Source: Clostridia bacterium (GTDB taxonomy: Bacteria; Bacillota; Clostridia; Oscillospirales; CAG-272). From it: a stretch of 64,000 nt of DNA. Of this stretch, positions 10,033 through 19,671 are shown one piece after another. The position numbers were made by a program, and so were the translations under genes. Numbering within the stretch: position 1 is the first letter of the stretch; every line of letters starts with the position of its first letter. Location: assembly GCA_017453325.1 (NCBI GenBank), contig JAFTKK010000064.1, forward strand, positions 926 through 64,925, given 5' to 3'. The notes below the pieces were generated by a model, which saw only the letters and a list, made by a program, of their open reading frames with translations, searched no databases and had not been told where the DNA came from.

Positions 10033-12402
10033 TTATCTCTTAATAACGTAAGTACCGTAGGTGATCTTACGGCTTCCCCAAGTATCGCTGGCATTTTTGA
10101 GGCCCTTGGGATTGGTTGCTGCATCGTAAAGCCCATAGTTGGCGCCGCTTGCCTCAACCGTCATGGCAACGTTGTAAAAATCGGAAATGATGATATATTT
10201 TACCGAGGACATAGTCACCGTATGGTAAGAAATATATGCAGAGGAGCCCTTTTGCGAGGTCTTTCCCTTTTCCATCACGTCGTTGTAGGCCTCCACCTTA
10301 TGAGGATACCACACGCACTCGGGCTTGACAAGCTGATAGAGCTCAAGCTCGCAGCCCGTACCGCCATGGTGCGCGATCTGCACCTGGTCACTCTTGAGGT
10401 AGCTGCCGTACATGGCGCGCATACAAGCGCTGCCGCCGTGCTGCGTATCACCAAGCCACAAGGTGGTCAGAGGCTTGCTGCCCGCGGTGATATTGCCCTG
10501 CCCGTCGGTGTGATATACGGTGGTGCGGAGCGCCACGGAGCTATCGTTATAGCGGTGGATCATTTCGGGATAGATATCCTCGTGGGTGTAAAGCACCTCG
10601 ATCTCCACATTGCCGATAAAGAACTTCTGACCGGAATGCACCTTGATATAGGTTACGCCACTCATGGTCTTCACAAACTCATCCAGGTTATTGCTAAGCT
10701 GAAGGTTGGGGTCATAGCAGTTGTAGGTCTGGGTGGCCGAGGGGAAATTGGTGATGATATAATCAAACTTGATCATGCTGTTGTTGTTCTTAGCAAATTC
10801 ATAAAAGTTTGTATAGTGGTCACCGTGACCGTGAGAAAGGTACCAGGCTCTGATGTGGATGGGATTGAATTTGCTCGGCGCGGAGCCCGTCATCTGCTTG
10901 TGCAAGCCGGTGATGGCATCCTGCAGCAGATTGTTGTTATTCTTGCCGCCGAAGCCGCTATCGTACATAATGTAAGAGCCATCCTCCAGCACGATCACGT
11001 AGCAGTTGCCGTAGGAGTCGTTATCATAGTCAAGCTGCACGGCGGTGATGATGGTATCGGTCACGCGCGTGTAGCCCGAGCCGATGGTGAGCAGCTCCTC
11101 GGGAATAAGGTTGATGCGGTTATCATCAAGAGAAGCGGAAACAATGCGGATAGCAGGCTCGTAGAAGGTAACCTTCTGTGCTTCGGCATGCTTATAGGCA
11201 CAGTAAGTCACGTTGAGGGTGATCTTAGCGGCTTCGTTGACATAGGTGCGGAAGATGCTATCCTCAACCTCGTTTTCCATGTAACGGATATAGCCTGCGG
11301 CCTCCAGCTTTTCGCAGTAAGCCTTGTAGGCAGCAGCCGTTACACCGGAACCGGTGTAGTAATATTCAACGGCATTATCGGCAACGTCGGTGGAGCCGGA
11401 AAGCAGAATATTCTCGCCCTCGGGCTTCGGGAAATCGGTTACCCAATCGGTCGTGGCGGTTTGCATGCCAACAAAGCCAACGGGCAGCACGACGGTCTTA
11501 TCCCCTTCCTCGTTTACAAAGCAAGCATCTGCCAGAACATCGCCGAAATAACCGGCGGCCTGGCGCAGCGTCACGTCGCCGGCACCCGCCACAACGACGG
11601 TATCGGCCGACACGGAAATGCCATAGCGATCAACGTTGCCAAGACTATTGATAAAGGCCACGGACTGCTCACGGGTGGTGGGGCCGACCAAAATCTCACC
11701 CTTCACGTTGCTTGCCTTTGCGGTGGCATCGCTATAGGCCTGGTACTGCATTGCGCGGTATTCGGTCACGCTCTCCAGCTTGTTTTTGAGCTGATTGGCA
11801 ACAACAACGGGATAGTCAAAACCCTCCTTGTTGTCAGCAGGCTGTCTGTCGGGCTGCACAGAGTCGGCAGAGGAAGCGTCAAGACGGTCGGAATACACCA
11901 ATCTCCAATCTTTATCAAGGGAAACGACCTCCATCTTCTCACATACCGTTTTTTCAATGGAAAGTACGGAGGAATCGGCCTTTTCACCACAGTATTTGGT
12001 GACAAACTCATCGAGCGCCATACCCGTAAAGAGGTTGGTAGTACCTACAATGACGAGCTTAGAGCCAATCACGGTAATAATGTAACCGTGACCCTTGATC
12101 TTTTTGAGGGCCTTGGCGGTTTCGGGACGGTTGGTGTTACCCACGAGAATTTCAAGCTCCTCACCCTTCTCCTCGGCGGCTCCCGCCTCTACGGCCGAAA
12201 GCTTAATGCGCTCACCCACGGTACCGGAAAGCGTGGTGGCGAAGGCTGTGATCTTATCGCTGAGCAACGTGGAAACATCCTTGGCATAGATCAGCTTATA
12301 ATCAGTAAAGTCAATGTCTTTGGGTTTTGTGCAGGCAGAAAGTGTGACCAGAGAAGTCAGCACCAGCACCAGTGCCAGCACGAGACTGAGTAGCTTTTTC
12401 AT
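10033..12402 (-). CDS. secreted lipoprotein, paralog 1 of the MBL-fold (ComEC/COG2333-type) family with duplicated GH20b-like N-domains
   Basis: Signal peptide with lipobox LSAC. EILVGNTNRPETAKALKKIKGHGYII...VIVGTTN and EILVGPTTRE...YGISV...VVVAG. VVLDGG, SHGHGDHY (10813-10836), KVHSGQKF, LWLGDTQ, IAHHGG. Confidence 0.85.
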   Translation of the reverse strand: MKKLLSLVLALVLVLTSLVTLSACTKPKDIDFTDYKLIYAKDVSTLLSDKITAFATTLSGTVGERIKLSAVEAGAAEEKGEELEILVGNTNRPETAKALKKIKGHGYIITVIGSKLVIVGTTNLFTGMALDEFVTKYCGEKADSSVLSIEKTVCEKMEVVSLDKDWRLVYSDRLDASSADSVQPDRQPADNKEGFDYPVVVANQLKNKLESVTEYRAMQYQAYSDATAKASNVKGEILVGPTTREQSVAFINSLGNVDRYGISVSADTVVVAGAGDVTLRQAAGYFGDVLADACFVNEEGDKTVVLPVGFVGMQTATTDWVTDFPKPEGENILLSGSTDVADNAVEYYYTGSGVTAAAYKAYCEKLEAAGYIRYMENEVEDSIFRTYVNEAAKITLNVTYCAYKHAEAQKVTFYEPAIRIVSASLDDNRINLIPEELLTIGSGYTRVTDTIITAVQLDYDNDSYGNCYVIVLEDGSYIMYDSGFGGKNNNNLLQDAITGLHKQMTGSAPSKFNPIHIRAWYLSHGHGDHYTNFYEFAKNNNSMIKFDYIITNFPSATQTYNCYDPNLQLSNNLDEFVKTMSGVTYIKVHSGQKFFIGNVEIEVLYTHEDIYPEMIHRYNDSSVALRTTVYHTDGQGNITAGSKPLTTLWLGDTQHGGSACMRAMYGSYLKSDQVQIAHHGGTGCELELYQLVKPECVWYPHKVEAYNDVMEKGKTSQKGSSAYISYHTVTMSSVKYIIISDFYNVAMTVEASGANYGLYDAATNPKGLKNASDTWGSRKITYGTYVIKR

Positions 12403-12435
12403 ATTTGTTCTCCTTTATCAAAATTATACAAAGCT

Positions 12436-12464
12436 ATTATAAAACATAATTCCCTATTTGTCAA
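12436..12464 (-). promoter_or_regulatory. consensus sigma-A promoter TTGACA-17-TATAAT for paralog 1
   Basis: Minus strand reads TTGACAaatagggaattatgtttTATAAT, located between the paralog 2 terminator and the paralog 1 RBS (AAAGGAG). Confidence 0.65.
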
Positions 12465-12472
12465 GGCAGAAC

Positions 12473-12505
12473 AAAAAACTGCACCGAATATCGGTGCAGT
12501 TTTTT
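12473..12505 (-). terminator. rho-independent terminator after paralog 2
   Basis: CTGCACCGA-TAT-TCGGTGCAG, flanked by A6 and T6 runs. Confidence 0.8.
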
Positions 12506-12512
12506 GTGTTTA

Positions 12513-14828
12513 TTAAGGCTTGATAAAGTGCGGTGTGCGTGAGGTCACGTAAGACTTGTGACCCGCGTTGTAAATGCCGCCCTCGCCAAAGGTCATATCG
12601 GGGCCGCTTGTCTTGATGGTAACGGTGGCGTTGCCCGCGCTGCCGAGAATGATCTCCTCGACGCTTGCCATCTTCACCAGCTTGGCGTTGTCGTTTCGAT
12701 AGGACTCTGTATTGGCAATGGGCTTGATGATCTCTTTATAATTTTCAAGATACGTCGGCCACCACAGGATCTCTGCCTCGGTCAAGGCATAAAATGCATA
12801 CTCGCAGCCAAGTGAGCCATGGTGAGAGACCTGAACCATATCGGACTTAAGGTAAGAGCCGTACATGGCGCGCATCCATTGGCTGACACGGGTTTGCACG
12901 TCGCCCGTCCATAGCATGGTGGTTGGCGTGTCATTGGCGGCGAAGGCCGTGATGCGCGAGCCGACGCTGCCCGTATCGTGAATGGTCTGCTTGATCACTA
13001 CACCGGTATCGTTAAAGTACTGGATAGCCCAAGGATACATATCCTCGTGCGTATAGAGCACCTCGAACTCGGAATTGCACAAATAGAATTTCTGACCCGT
13101 GTGCACCTTGATGTACTGCATCTCGCCGCCGACCCAGGAACGGATCTCGGCAAATTTGGAATCACGCACGGCGAGGTTCGGGTCGTGGCAGTTGTAGCAT
13201 TCGTCATCCGAGGGGAAATTGGCGATCAGACGGTCGATTTCCACCTTACTGCCGTGATCGTGGCAGAAATTATAGAAAACGGTATGGTGATCACCGTGAG
13301 AATGCGAAAGATACCACATGGAGATCTTCACCTTATTCGTAGAGCTCGGCTGAACCTTCCAAACCTGGTAATACAGGTCGGCAAGCACGTTCCAGAAGGT
13401 GTTTGTCAGCGCCTTTTCGCCCGTGCCACCATCCAGTACGGCAAAGGTGCCGTCTTCGAGCGTGATGATATAAGCGTTGCCGCCGTTTTCATTTTTACCG
13501 TCAAGACAGAGATTGGTGATCTTCGTCTCGGTTTTTTTGGTATAAGGCTGCATGGTGAGCAGCTCCTCGTCAAGGAGCTTGACGGAATTGAGCGAGGCCG
13601 AAACAATGCGGATGCAGGACTCAAACAGGCTCACCTTTTGCTCCTTGGCATAGGTGAAATTATTATACGCCACGTAAAGTGTGGTATTGGCGGCGGTGTT
13701 GACGTAAGTGCGGTAGAGGCTACCCTCGATCTCGCCCGAGGAATGGAGCGTATAGCCGCCCGATGTGAGGGTCTCACAATAGCTCTCATATGCAGCGGCG
13801 TTCACGCCCTTGCCGGTATATAAGAACTCCAGCGAGCCGTCATATACGTCAGCAGAGCCGGAAAGCGCGATGTTGGCGCCCGTGGGACGCGGGAAATCGA
13901 GAACCCAGGAGCTATCGCCCTTCAAGCTTACCTCATACTCGGCGGGAAAGACGGTATAGGTCTTTCTGCCCACCTTGTACGTGCAATCGGTATAAAGATC
14001 GTCAAACATCTTCATCGCGAGAGCGAGCGTGGTATCGTTCATGGCGCCCACCACGATCACGCCGTCCTTGATGGAAATGCCGTAATCATTGGCATCGAGA
14101 TTTGCAAAAAAGCTCTTGGTCGCCTCGCGCAGCACGGGACGGCCGATCTGGATCTCGTTGGCCTGCACCTCGGACTGGTCGTCATAGAGCTTCAGCTCGC
14201 CTGCATGGGAGACGACCTTGTCGGCAAAGGTGCTTGCAAGATAGCGGGCATAGTCCTCGCCCTGCTCATTGGAGGGGCGTCCCCAGTTGATGCCCTGCTC
14301 CGCATAGCTGTTATCCGCCGTGTGGGAAATGACCAGCGCAAAGGAGGAGCTAAGCGAGAGGGTGGGAAGCGCCACGACCTCCTCCTTGATCTTCAGGGAA
14401 GTGGCAGATTTTGCAGAGTCTGCAAAATAGGTGGCGATAAAATCATTCACCGCCTGCATGGCAAAGAAATCGGTGGTGCCGTTCAGCACGATCTTTTTAT
14501 CGATCACACCGATATAATACCCTGCTTCCTCCAAGCTCTCCAAGGCCTCGGCACTTTCCACGCGCCCCGTGTGACCGATTAGGATCTCGCGCTCGGAGTT
14601 GGTGACCCCTTCCTTTTTCTTATCAGCCGTAACCGTCACCTCGGCGCCGGTGGCAAGCTCTAAGACGTTGGCCAGCTCCTTGACCTTAGCCACCATAGTA
14701 TCGGATACGCCATCTGCATACACAATGCTATAGCCCGAAATATCCACCTTGCCGCAGGAGGCAAAAAGGACGACCGTAGAGCAAAGGAGCAGTATAGCAA
14801 GCAATAAGCTGCCGATTCTTTTCATCAT
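12513..14828 (-). CDS. secreted lipoprotein, paralog 2 of the MBL-fold family
   Basis: Lipobox FASC. EILIGHTGRVESAEALESLEEAGYYIGVI...VLNGTTD and EIQIGRPVLRE...YGISI...VVVGA. AVLDGG, SHSHGDHH (13284-13307), KVHTGQKF, LWTGDVQ, VSHHGS. Confidence 0.85.
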   Translation of the reverse strand: MMKRIGSLLLAILLLCSTVVLFASCGKVDISGYSIVYADGVSDTMVAKVKELANVLELATGAEVTVTADKKKEGVTNSEREILIGHTGRVESAEALESLEEAGYYIGVIDKKIVLNGTTDFFAMQAVNDFIATYFADSAKSATSLKIKEEVVALPTLSLSSSFALVISHTADNSYAEQGINWGRPSNEQGEDYARYLASTFADKVVSHAGELKLYDDQSEVQANEIQIGRPVLREATKSFFANLDANDYGISIKDGVIVVGAMNDTTLALAMKMFDDLYTDCTYKVGRKTYTVFPAEYEVSLKGDSSWVLDFPRPTGANIALSGSADVYDGSLEFLYTGKGVNAAAYESYCETLTSGGYTLHSSGEIEGSLYRTYVNTAANTTLYVAYNNFTYAKEQKVSLFESCIRIVSASLNSVKLLDEELLTMQPYTKKTETKITNLCLDGKNENGGNAYIITLEDGTFAVLDGGTGEKALTNTFWNVLADLYYQVWKVQPSSTNKVKISMWYLSHSHGDHHTVFYNFCHDHGSKVEIDRLIANFPSDDECYNCHDPNLAVRDSKFAEIRSWVGGEMQYIKVHTGQKFYLCNSEFEVLYTHEDMYPWAIQYFNDTGVVIKQTIHDTGSVGSRITAFAANDTPTTMLWTGDVQTRVSQWMRAMYGSYLKSDMVQVSHHGSLGCEYAFYALTEAEILWWPTYLENYKEIIKPIANTESYRNDNAKLVKMASVEEIILGSAGNATVTIKTSGPDMTFGEGGIYNAGHKSYVTSRTPHFIKP

Positions 14829-14873
14829 AGTTTTCCTTTCAAGTTAGCAACTGTCAAACTGCTTTACTTTGAT

Positions 14874-17246
14874 TTATTTTTTGATATAGGAGGTGGGGGA
14901 TTTTTTGATCACACCCGACTGCTGCGTGACGTCAGCACCCGCTTCACCTGCGCTGAACACACCCGTCTGGCTGCTGGTACGCAGGGCGTAATCGGGACCG
15001 TTTTTGGTAATGGTCAGCGTGTAGTTGAAATCATCGCTCAAAATAATATATTTGACCGACGTCAGCTTGTAATTGATGTTATAGCAGCAGAGGTTATATC
15101 CCGTGCTGCCCGAGTTATGAGTGGTAGAAGTCCAACGTGCACGGTTGACGGGCCACCACACGCATTCGGGGGCTACGAGCTGATAAAGCTCCCACTCACA
15201 GCCCTGGTAGTTGTGGTGCGCGACCTGTACCATATCACTTTTGAGATAGTCACCGTAGGTCGAGCGCATCCATTTACTGGCATCGAGCTGCGCATCTCCG
15301 AGCCAAAGCATACTGGTTTCGGAGCCGGCAGAGATCTTCCCGTTTTCGGTATGGTAAAGTGTCATGCGGAAAACGGTGGAGGAGTCATTATAGATGTGCA
15401 GACGGTTGGGATACAGATCCTCGTGCGTGAACATAACCTCAAATTCTGCGTTGGCAATGTAGAAACGCTCGCCGGTGTGAACCTTGATAAACTCAATGCC
15501 ACCCTCCTTACCGGGAGCATCCTTAATCATCTCGGAATATTTTTCCCAGCCATCGCGAATGACGTTGCTTGAGAGACCCGAGTTATCGTCCTCCTCGTCC
15601 GAGGCAAAGTTGGCAATGAGACGGTCGATCGTAATATAGTACGTGCCGTAATAGGCCACATATTGCGTGATAAAATCACTCATGATCCGATAGTGGTCGC
15701 CGTGAGCGTGGGAAATCAACCATGCAGAAATGCGGATAGGATCCTCAGCCGTGGGATTGGCACCGCCATGTGTTCTTTGATAAAGGTCAAGCAGCACCTC
15801 GTAAAGGCGAGGTACGTTCATTTCATAGCTCTGGCCGCCGTCATACACGATAAAGGAGCCGTCCTCCAGCGTCACAATGTAATTGTTACCGTAAATATTG
15901 TGTCCGCTTGCCTGGTACTGACTGTTCAGCTTGACGGCCGTAATGGAGGTAAAGGGCGTGGCGGGCTTGGTATAGGAAAGATCCTGCTTTCGCAGCTCCT
16001 CGGGTAGATGCACACCGCTTGACAAGCGCGCGGAAACGATACGCAGGCAGGGCTCATAGAGCGTCACGGCCTGTGTGGTGGCGTGCTTGAAGGCGTTGTA
16101 GGATACAAACAAGATGGCATTTGCCGCTTCGTTTTCATACACGCGGAAAATGCTGCTCTCGGCCGTGTTATCCGACAGAAGCTTGTAGCCGGCGGCCACC
16201 AGCTTCTCGCAATACTTTTCATACACGGAGGAGGAAAGGCTCACGCCCGTGTAATAATACTCCATCTGATCCTCGCTGACGTCGATCGAACCCGTGAGAG
16301 TGAGCGTATCGGGACGCGGGAAATCGGTCAGAAATTGTGTGTTCTTGGTATCGTTGTAAACGCGGGAAAGATCGGCGGGCAGGATAATATTTTTCTTATT
16401 TCCCTTCTCCACCACCGAATCCTGCATGATCTCCAAGAAAAGCGCAAAGGCCTTTTCCATCATGCGGTCGTTGAGCGCCGTGACCATAACTTTACTGTTT
16501 TGAACGCCGACACCGTAGCCGTTGACGTCCATATTCTTAATAAAATCGTTGGTCTCGCGACGGTCCACCAAGCCGACAAGGATCTCGTCGGAGGCAACAT
16601 TGGTATCCTTGATCACGTTCATGGAGCCGCTGAGCACCGAGCTGAAGGTCTTGATCGTGGATTTCAGCGCCACGATCTGCTTGTTGATATAATCCTTGGA
16701 GCCGTCAAGCTCGGAAGAATAGACAAAGTTGAATTTTTCGGCAATCTCGACCGTGCCGAGATTGCTTTCCCTGATCGTTTTAAAATCAATCGTTTCCAGC
16801 TTTTCGTCACCGCCAAGGAATTCCTTGGTGAAACGGTCAAGCGCCAGCGTGGTAAAGATGTTGGTGGTACCGACCAGCACGATCTTCTCACCGATCTTAT
16901 CGATGATGTAGCCCTGCCCCTCGATTTTTTCAAGGGCGGTCTTTGTTTCGGGGCGATTGGTGTTGCCGATGAGAATTTCATGCTCCTCGGCATCGCTGAG
17001 TGCCGCCGTGGCACTCACCTTTTTCACGGAAATGCTACCCTTAATGCTGCGCTTCAAATTGCCCGCAAAATCGGTAAAATACGTAACGGTGCTTGCCGTA
17101 GCGTCTTCACCGTATACAACACGGTAGCCATCAAGCGAAATCCCCTCTGTCTTGCCTACACCATCCTTGTTGCAGGAAGCAAGCAGAAGTACCGTACCGA
17201 GCAGCATGCACACGCACAGCATCAGGCAAAGTAATCTTTTCATCAT
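14874..17246 (-). CDS. secreted lipoprotein, paralog 3 of the MBL-fold family
   Basis: Lipobox LASC. EILIGNTNRPETKTALEKIEGQGYII and EILVGLVDRRE...YGVGV. IVYDGG, SHAHGDHY (15690-15713), KVHTGERF, LWLGDAQ, VAHHNY. Confidence 0.85.
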   Translation of the reverse strand: MMKRLLCLMLCVCMLLGTVLLLASCNKDGVGKTEGISLDGYRVVYGEDATASTVTYFTDFAGNLKRSIKGSISVKKVSATAALSDAEEHEILIGNTNRPETKTALEKIEGQGYIIDKIGEKIVLVGTTNIFTTLALDRFTKEFLGGDEKLETIDFKTIRESNLGTVEIAEKFNFVYSSELDGSKDYINKQIVALKSTIKTFSSVLSGSMNVIKDTNVASDEILVGLVDRRETNDFIKNMDVNGYGVGVQNSKVMVTALNDRMMEKAFALFLEIMQDSVVEKGNKKNIILPADLSRVYNDTKNTQFLTDFPRPDTLTLTGSIDVSEDQMEYYYTGVSLSSSVYEKYCEKLVAAGYKLLSDNTAESSIFRVYENEAANAILFVSYNAFKHATTQAVTLYEPCLRIVSARLSSGVHLPEELRKQDLSYTKPATPFTSITAVKLNSQYQASGHNIYGNNYIVTLEDGSFIVYDGGQSYEMNVPRLYEVLLDLYQRTHGGANPTAEDPIRISAWLISHAHGDHYRIMSDFITQYVAYYGTYYITIDRLIANFASDEEDDNSGLSSNVIRDGWEKYSEMIKDAPGKEGGIEFIKVHTGERFYIANAEFEVMFTHEDLYPNRLHIYNDSSTVFRMTLYHTENGKISAGSETSMLWLGDAQLDASKWMRSTYGDYLKSDMVQVAHHNYQGCEWELYQLVAPECVWWPVNRARWTSTTHNSGSTGYNLCCYNINYKLTSVKYIILSDDFNYTLTITKNGPDYALRTSSQTGVFSAGEAGADVTQQSGVIKKSPTSYIKK

Positions 17247-17273
17247 AAACGGAAAACCTCTTTCTGTAAATCA

Positions 17274-17296
17274 CGGGCGGGCGAATTGCCCGCCCG
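17274..17296 (-). other. GC-rich intercistronic hairpin between paralogs 4 and 3
   Basis: CGGGCGGGC-AATTC-GCCCGCCCG with only a weak U tract (TGATTTAC). It may be a partial terminator or an RNA-stability element. Confidence 0.45.
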
Positions 17297-17304
17297 AATA
17301 AGGG

Positions 17305-19638
17305 TTAGGATTTTTTCATAAAGGAGGTGGTATGGCTCTTGAACGTGCTCATCGACACGCCCTTAGCCTCACCCGCGCTAAAGATACCGGTTTCACCGCC
17401 AATCGAGAAATCGGGGCCGCTTGCGGTGATCTGAACGGTATAGTTGCAATCGTCGCTCATAATGATATACTGCAGCGAGGACAGCTTATGGATCACATTG
17501 TAGCTACAGCCTGCACCCACCTCTGCGGAGCCTGCACTGTAAAAGGTTGTCTCAAAACGGTTTCTGCTGTTGGGCCACCATGCGCACATAGGCTTCACAA
17601 GCTTATAGAAGGACCATTCCACGCTATTCCAGCCGTGGTGACCGATCTGCACCATATCGGTAGCAAGGTAGTCGCCGTATGTGGCGCGCATCCATTTGCT
17701 CGAATCCTCCTGTGCATCACCCAGCCAGAGCATGGAGGTGGAGGAGCCCTCGGTAATGGTGGTGCCGTCGGTGTGGTGAATGTTCATACGGATCACGGTG
17801 GTGGAGTTGTTGTAAACGTGAATTCGTTTCGGATACTGATCCTCGTGCGTGTACATCACCTCAAATTCCACGTTGGCCAGCCAGAATTTCTGACCGGTGT
17901 GCACCTTAATGTACTCCATGCCGGGTTCTTCCCCGTTTTTATCCTTCACAAGTGCGGAAAGCTGAGCGTAGGTGTCACGAACTTGGGTGTTAATAGGATC
18001 ACCCGATTCACTGTTATAGAGTTCCTCGTCCGAGGGGAAATTGGCGATCAGACGGTCAATGGTAATTTTATAGGAGCTGTAATCAGCCACATATTTCTTG
18101 ATAAACAGGCGCATAGCACCGTAGTGGTCACCGTGACCGTGAGAAAGATACCATGCAGCAATACGGATGGGATCGGAGGCGGTAGGCTTGTGACCGTGCG
18201 TCTTTTCATAAAGATCGCTCAGAACCGCATACAGACGCTTGCTGTCTTCCTCGATACCCATACCGCCGTCAAGCACCACGAAAGAACCGTCCTCGAGAGT
18301 CACAACGTAGAAATTACCATAAACGCCATTTTCCAATTGGGCGCTGTAGTTGAGCTTTACAGCGGTGATGGCGGTGAAAGCATTTTCAAGCTTTTCAAAG
18401 GCGGGCATGGTGGCGGAGAGATAGCTGCTGTCAAGCTGGTTGACACAATCAAGGGCAGAAGCAACCACGCGAATGGCCGCCTTGTGCCCGGTTCCCGCTG
18501 TCTCGACATGCTTAAAGGCGTTGTAGGCAACGTAGAGCGTGATATTCTTTTCTACATTATTGTAAATGCGGAAGATGATATCCTCGGCTGTGCTATCGGA
18601 ATAAAGCTCATAGCCGGCTGCTGTCAGCGCTGCACAGTATTTGTTGTAGGCAGCAGCATCTGCACCCTCGTAATAGTATTCCAAGCCGTCGTGCACGTCA
18701 ATGGTAGCGGTAAGCGTGAGCCCCTCGGGACGCGGAAAATCGGTCACGTAACCGGCCTCGGCATCACTATAAAGGCGAAGCAGATCGGCGGGCATAAAGA
18801 TGAGCTTTTGGCCATCAACTACGGAAATCGAATCGCGCAGCATCTCGCGGAAAACGTACATGGCCTTCTGCGTCATCACATCATTCAGACCCGTTACCAC
18901 GATCTTGCCGTTCTTCACAGCTACACCGTAATTATTGGCATTGAAGGTAGCGGTCAGCTCTTTTCTCTCGTTACGCTCAACCACACCAACCAGGATCTCG
19001 GTATCGCCGGCAGCCTCAGCATCGGTCATCAACGCCATAGAGGTAGAACGGACGTCGGAAAATTCGTCAATGATCTTTTTGGTGCTCTTGATATCCTCGG
19101 CAAGGGCGTCCATATCACCGTCAAGATAGGCGGAATAGACGAACTTCCAGTTCTTGGTCACCTCGATCATTTCCATTTTTTGTACCTTTTCGGTCTTGAT
19201 CTCAAGCGTGGTCTGCTTGTCGCCGCCAAAGTAGGTTTCGGCGAAGGTCTCCATTGCCACGGTAGTCAACAGATTGGTGGTACCAACGATAACAAGCTTT
19301 TTACCGATCACGGTAATGATATAGCCGTGACCCTTGATCTTTTTGAGGGCCTTGGCGGTCTCGGGACGGTTGGTGTTACCTACGAGGATCTCAAACTCCT
19401 CGCCGGCATCCTCGTCCGAGGTAGGATCCACCTTTTTGGTGCTGATCTTCTCGCCAACCTTAGCGGCAAAATCAGCCGCAAAGGCCTGAATTTCGGCTGA
19501 GGTGGTATCGGAAACGTCCTTACCGTAGATGAGACGGTAATCGGTGAACTCAACTGCCTTCGCACCGCATGAGGTAAACAACAGTGCGGTGGAGGACAGA
19601 AGTACAACACACAAAATCAAACTCAGTATTCTTTTCAT
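17305..19638 (-). CDS. secreted lipoprotein, paralog 4 of the MBL-fold family
   Basis: Lipobox FTSC. EILVGNTNRPETAKALKKIKGHGYIITVIG is identical to paralog 1 over 29 aa. VVLDGG, SHGHGDHY (18121-18144), KVHTGQKF, LWLGDAQ, IGHHGW. Confidence 0.85.
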   Translation of the reverse strand: MKRILSLILCVVLLSSTALLFTSCGAKAVEFTDYRLIYGKDVSDTTSAEIQAFAADFAAKVGEKISTKKVDPTSDEDAGEEFEILVGNTNRPETAKALKKIKGHGYIITVIGKKLVIVGTTNLLTTVAMETFAETYFGGDKQTTLEIKTEKVQKMEMIEVTKNWKFVYSAYLDGDMDALAEDIKSTKKIIDEFSDVRSTSMALMTDAEAAGDTEILVGVVERNERKELTATFNANNYGVAVKNGKIVVTGLNDVMTQKAMYVFREMLRDSISVVDGQKLIFMPADLLRLYSDAEAGYVTDFPRPEGLTLTATIDVHDGLEYYYEGADAAAYNKYCAALTAAGYELYSDSTAEDIIFRIYNNVEKNITLYVAYNAFKHVETAGTGHKAAIRVVASALDCVNQLDSSYLSATMPAFEKLENAFTAITAVKLNYSAQLENGVYGNFYVVTLEDGSFVVLDGGMGIEEDSKRLYAVLSDLYEKTHGHKPTASDPIRIAAWYLSHGHGDHYGAMRLFIKKYVADYSSYKITIDRLIANFPSDEELYNSESGDPINTQVRDTYAQLSALVKDKNGEEPGMEYIKVHTGQKFWLANVEFEVMYTHEDQYPKRIHVYNNSTTVIRMNIHHTDGTTITEGSSTSMLWLGDAQEDSSKWMRATYGDYLATDMVQIGHHGWNSVEWSFYKLVKPMCAWWPNSRNRFETTFYSAGSAEVGAGCSYNVIHKLSSLQYIIMSDDCNYTVQITASGPDFSIGGETGIFSAGEAKGVSMSTFKSHTTSFMKKS

Positions 19639-19671
19639 GCTTTGTTCCTTTCCGGCTAACTGCCCTTTGGG

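Noticed and set aside
10024-12393. Very long ORFs on the strand opposite the lipoprotein, giant-protein and alaS genes. The track lists them at 10024-12393, 16083-17234, 17332-19500, 19684-22200, 50978-55441, 22365-23369 and 23958-25136.
   Set aside because: These ORFs are codon-aligned mirror frames of the real genes. A stop in such a frame requires a TTA, CTA or TCA codon on the sense strand, and these genes almost completely avoid those codons. The translations are low-complexity (G/V/H/I/A-rich). They lack RBSs and recognisable motifs, whereas the opposite-strand products have clear signal peptides and catalytic motifs.
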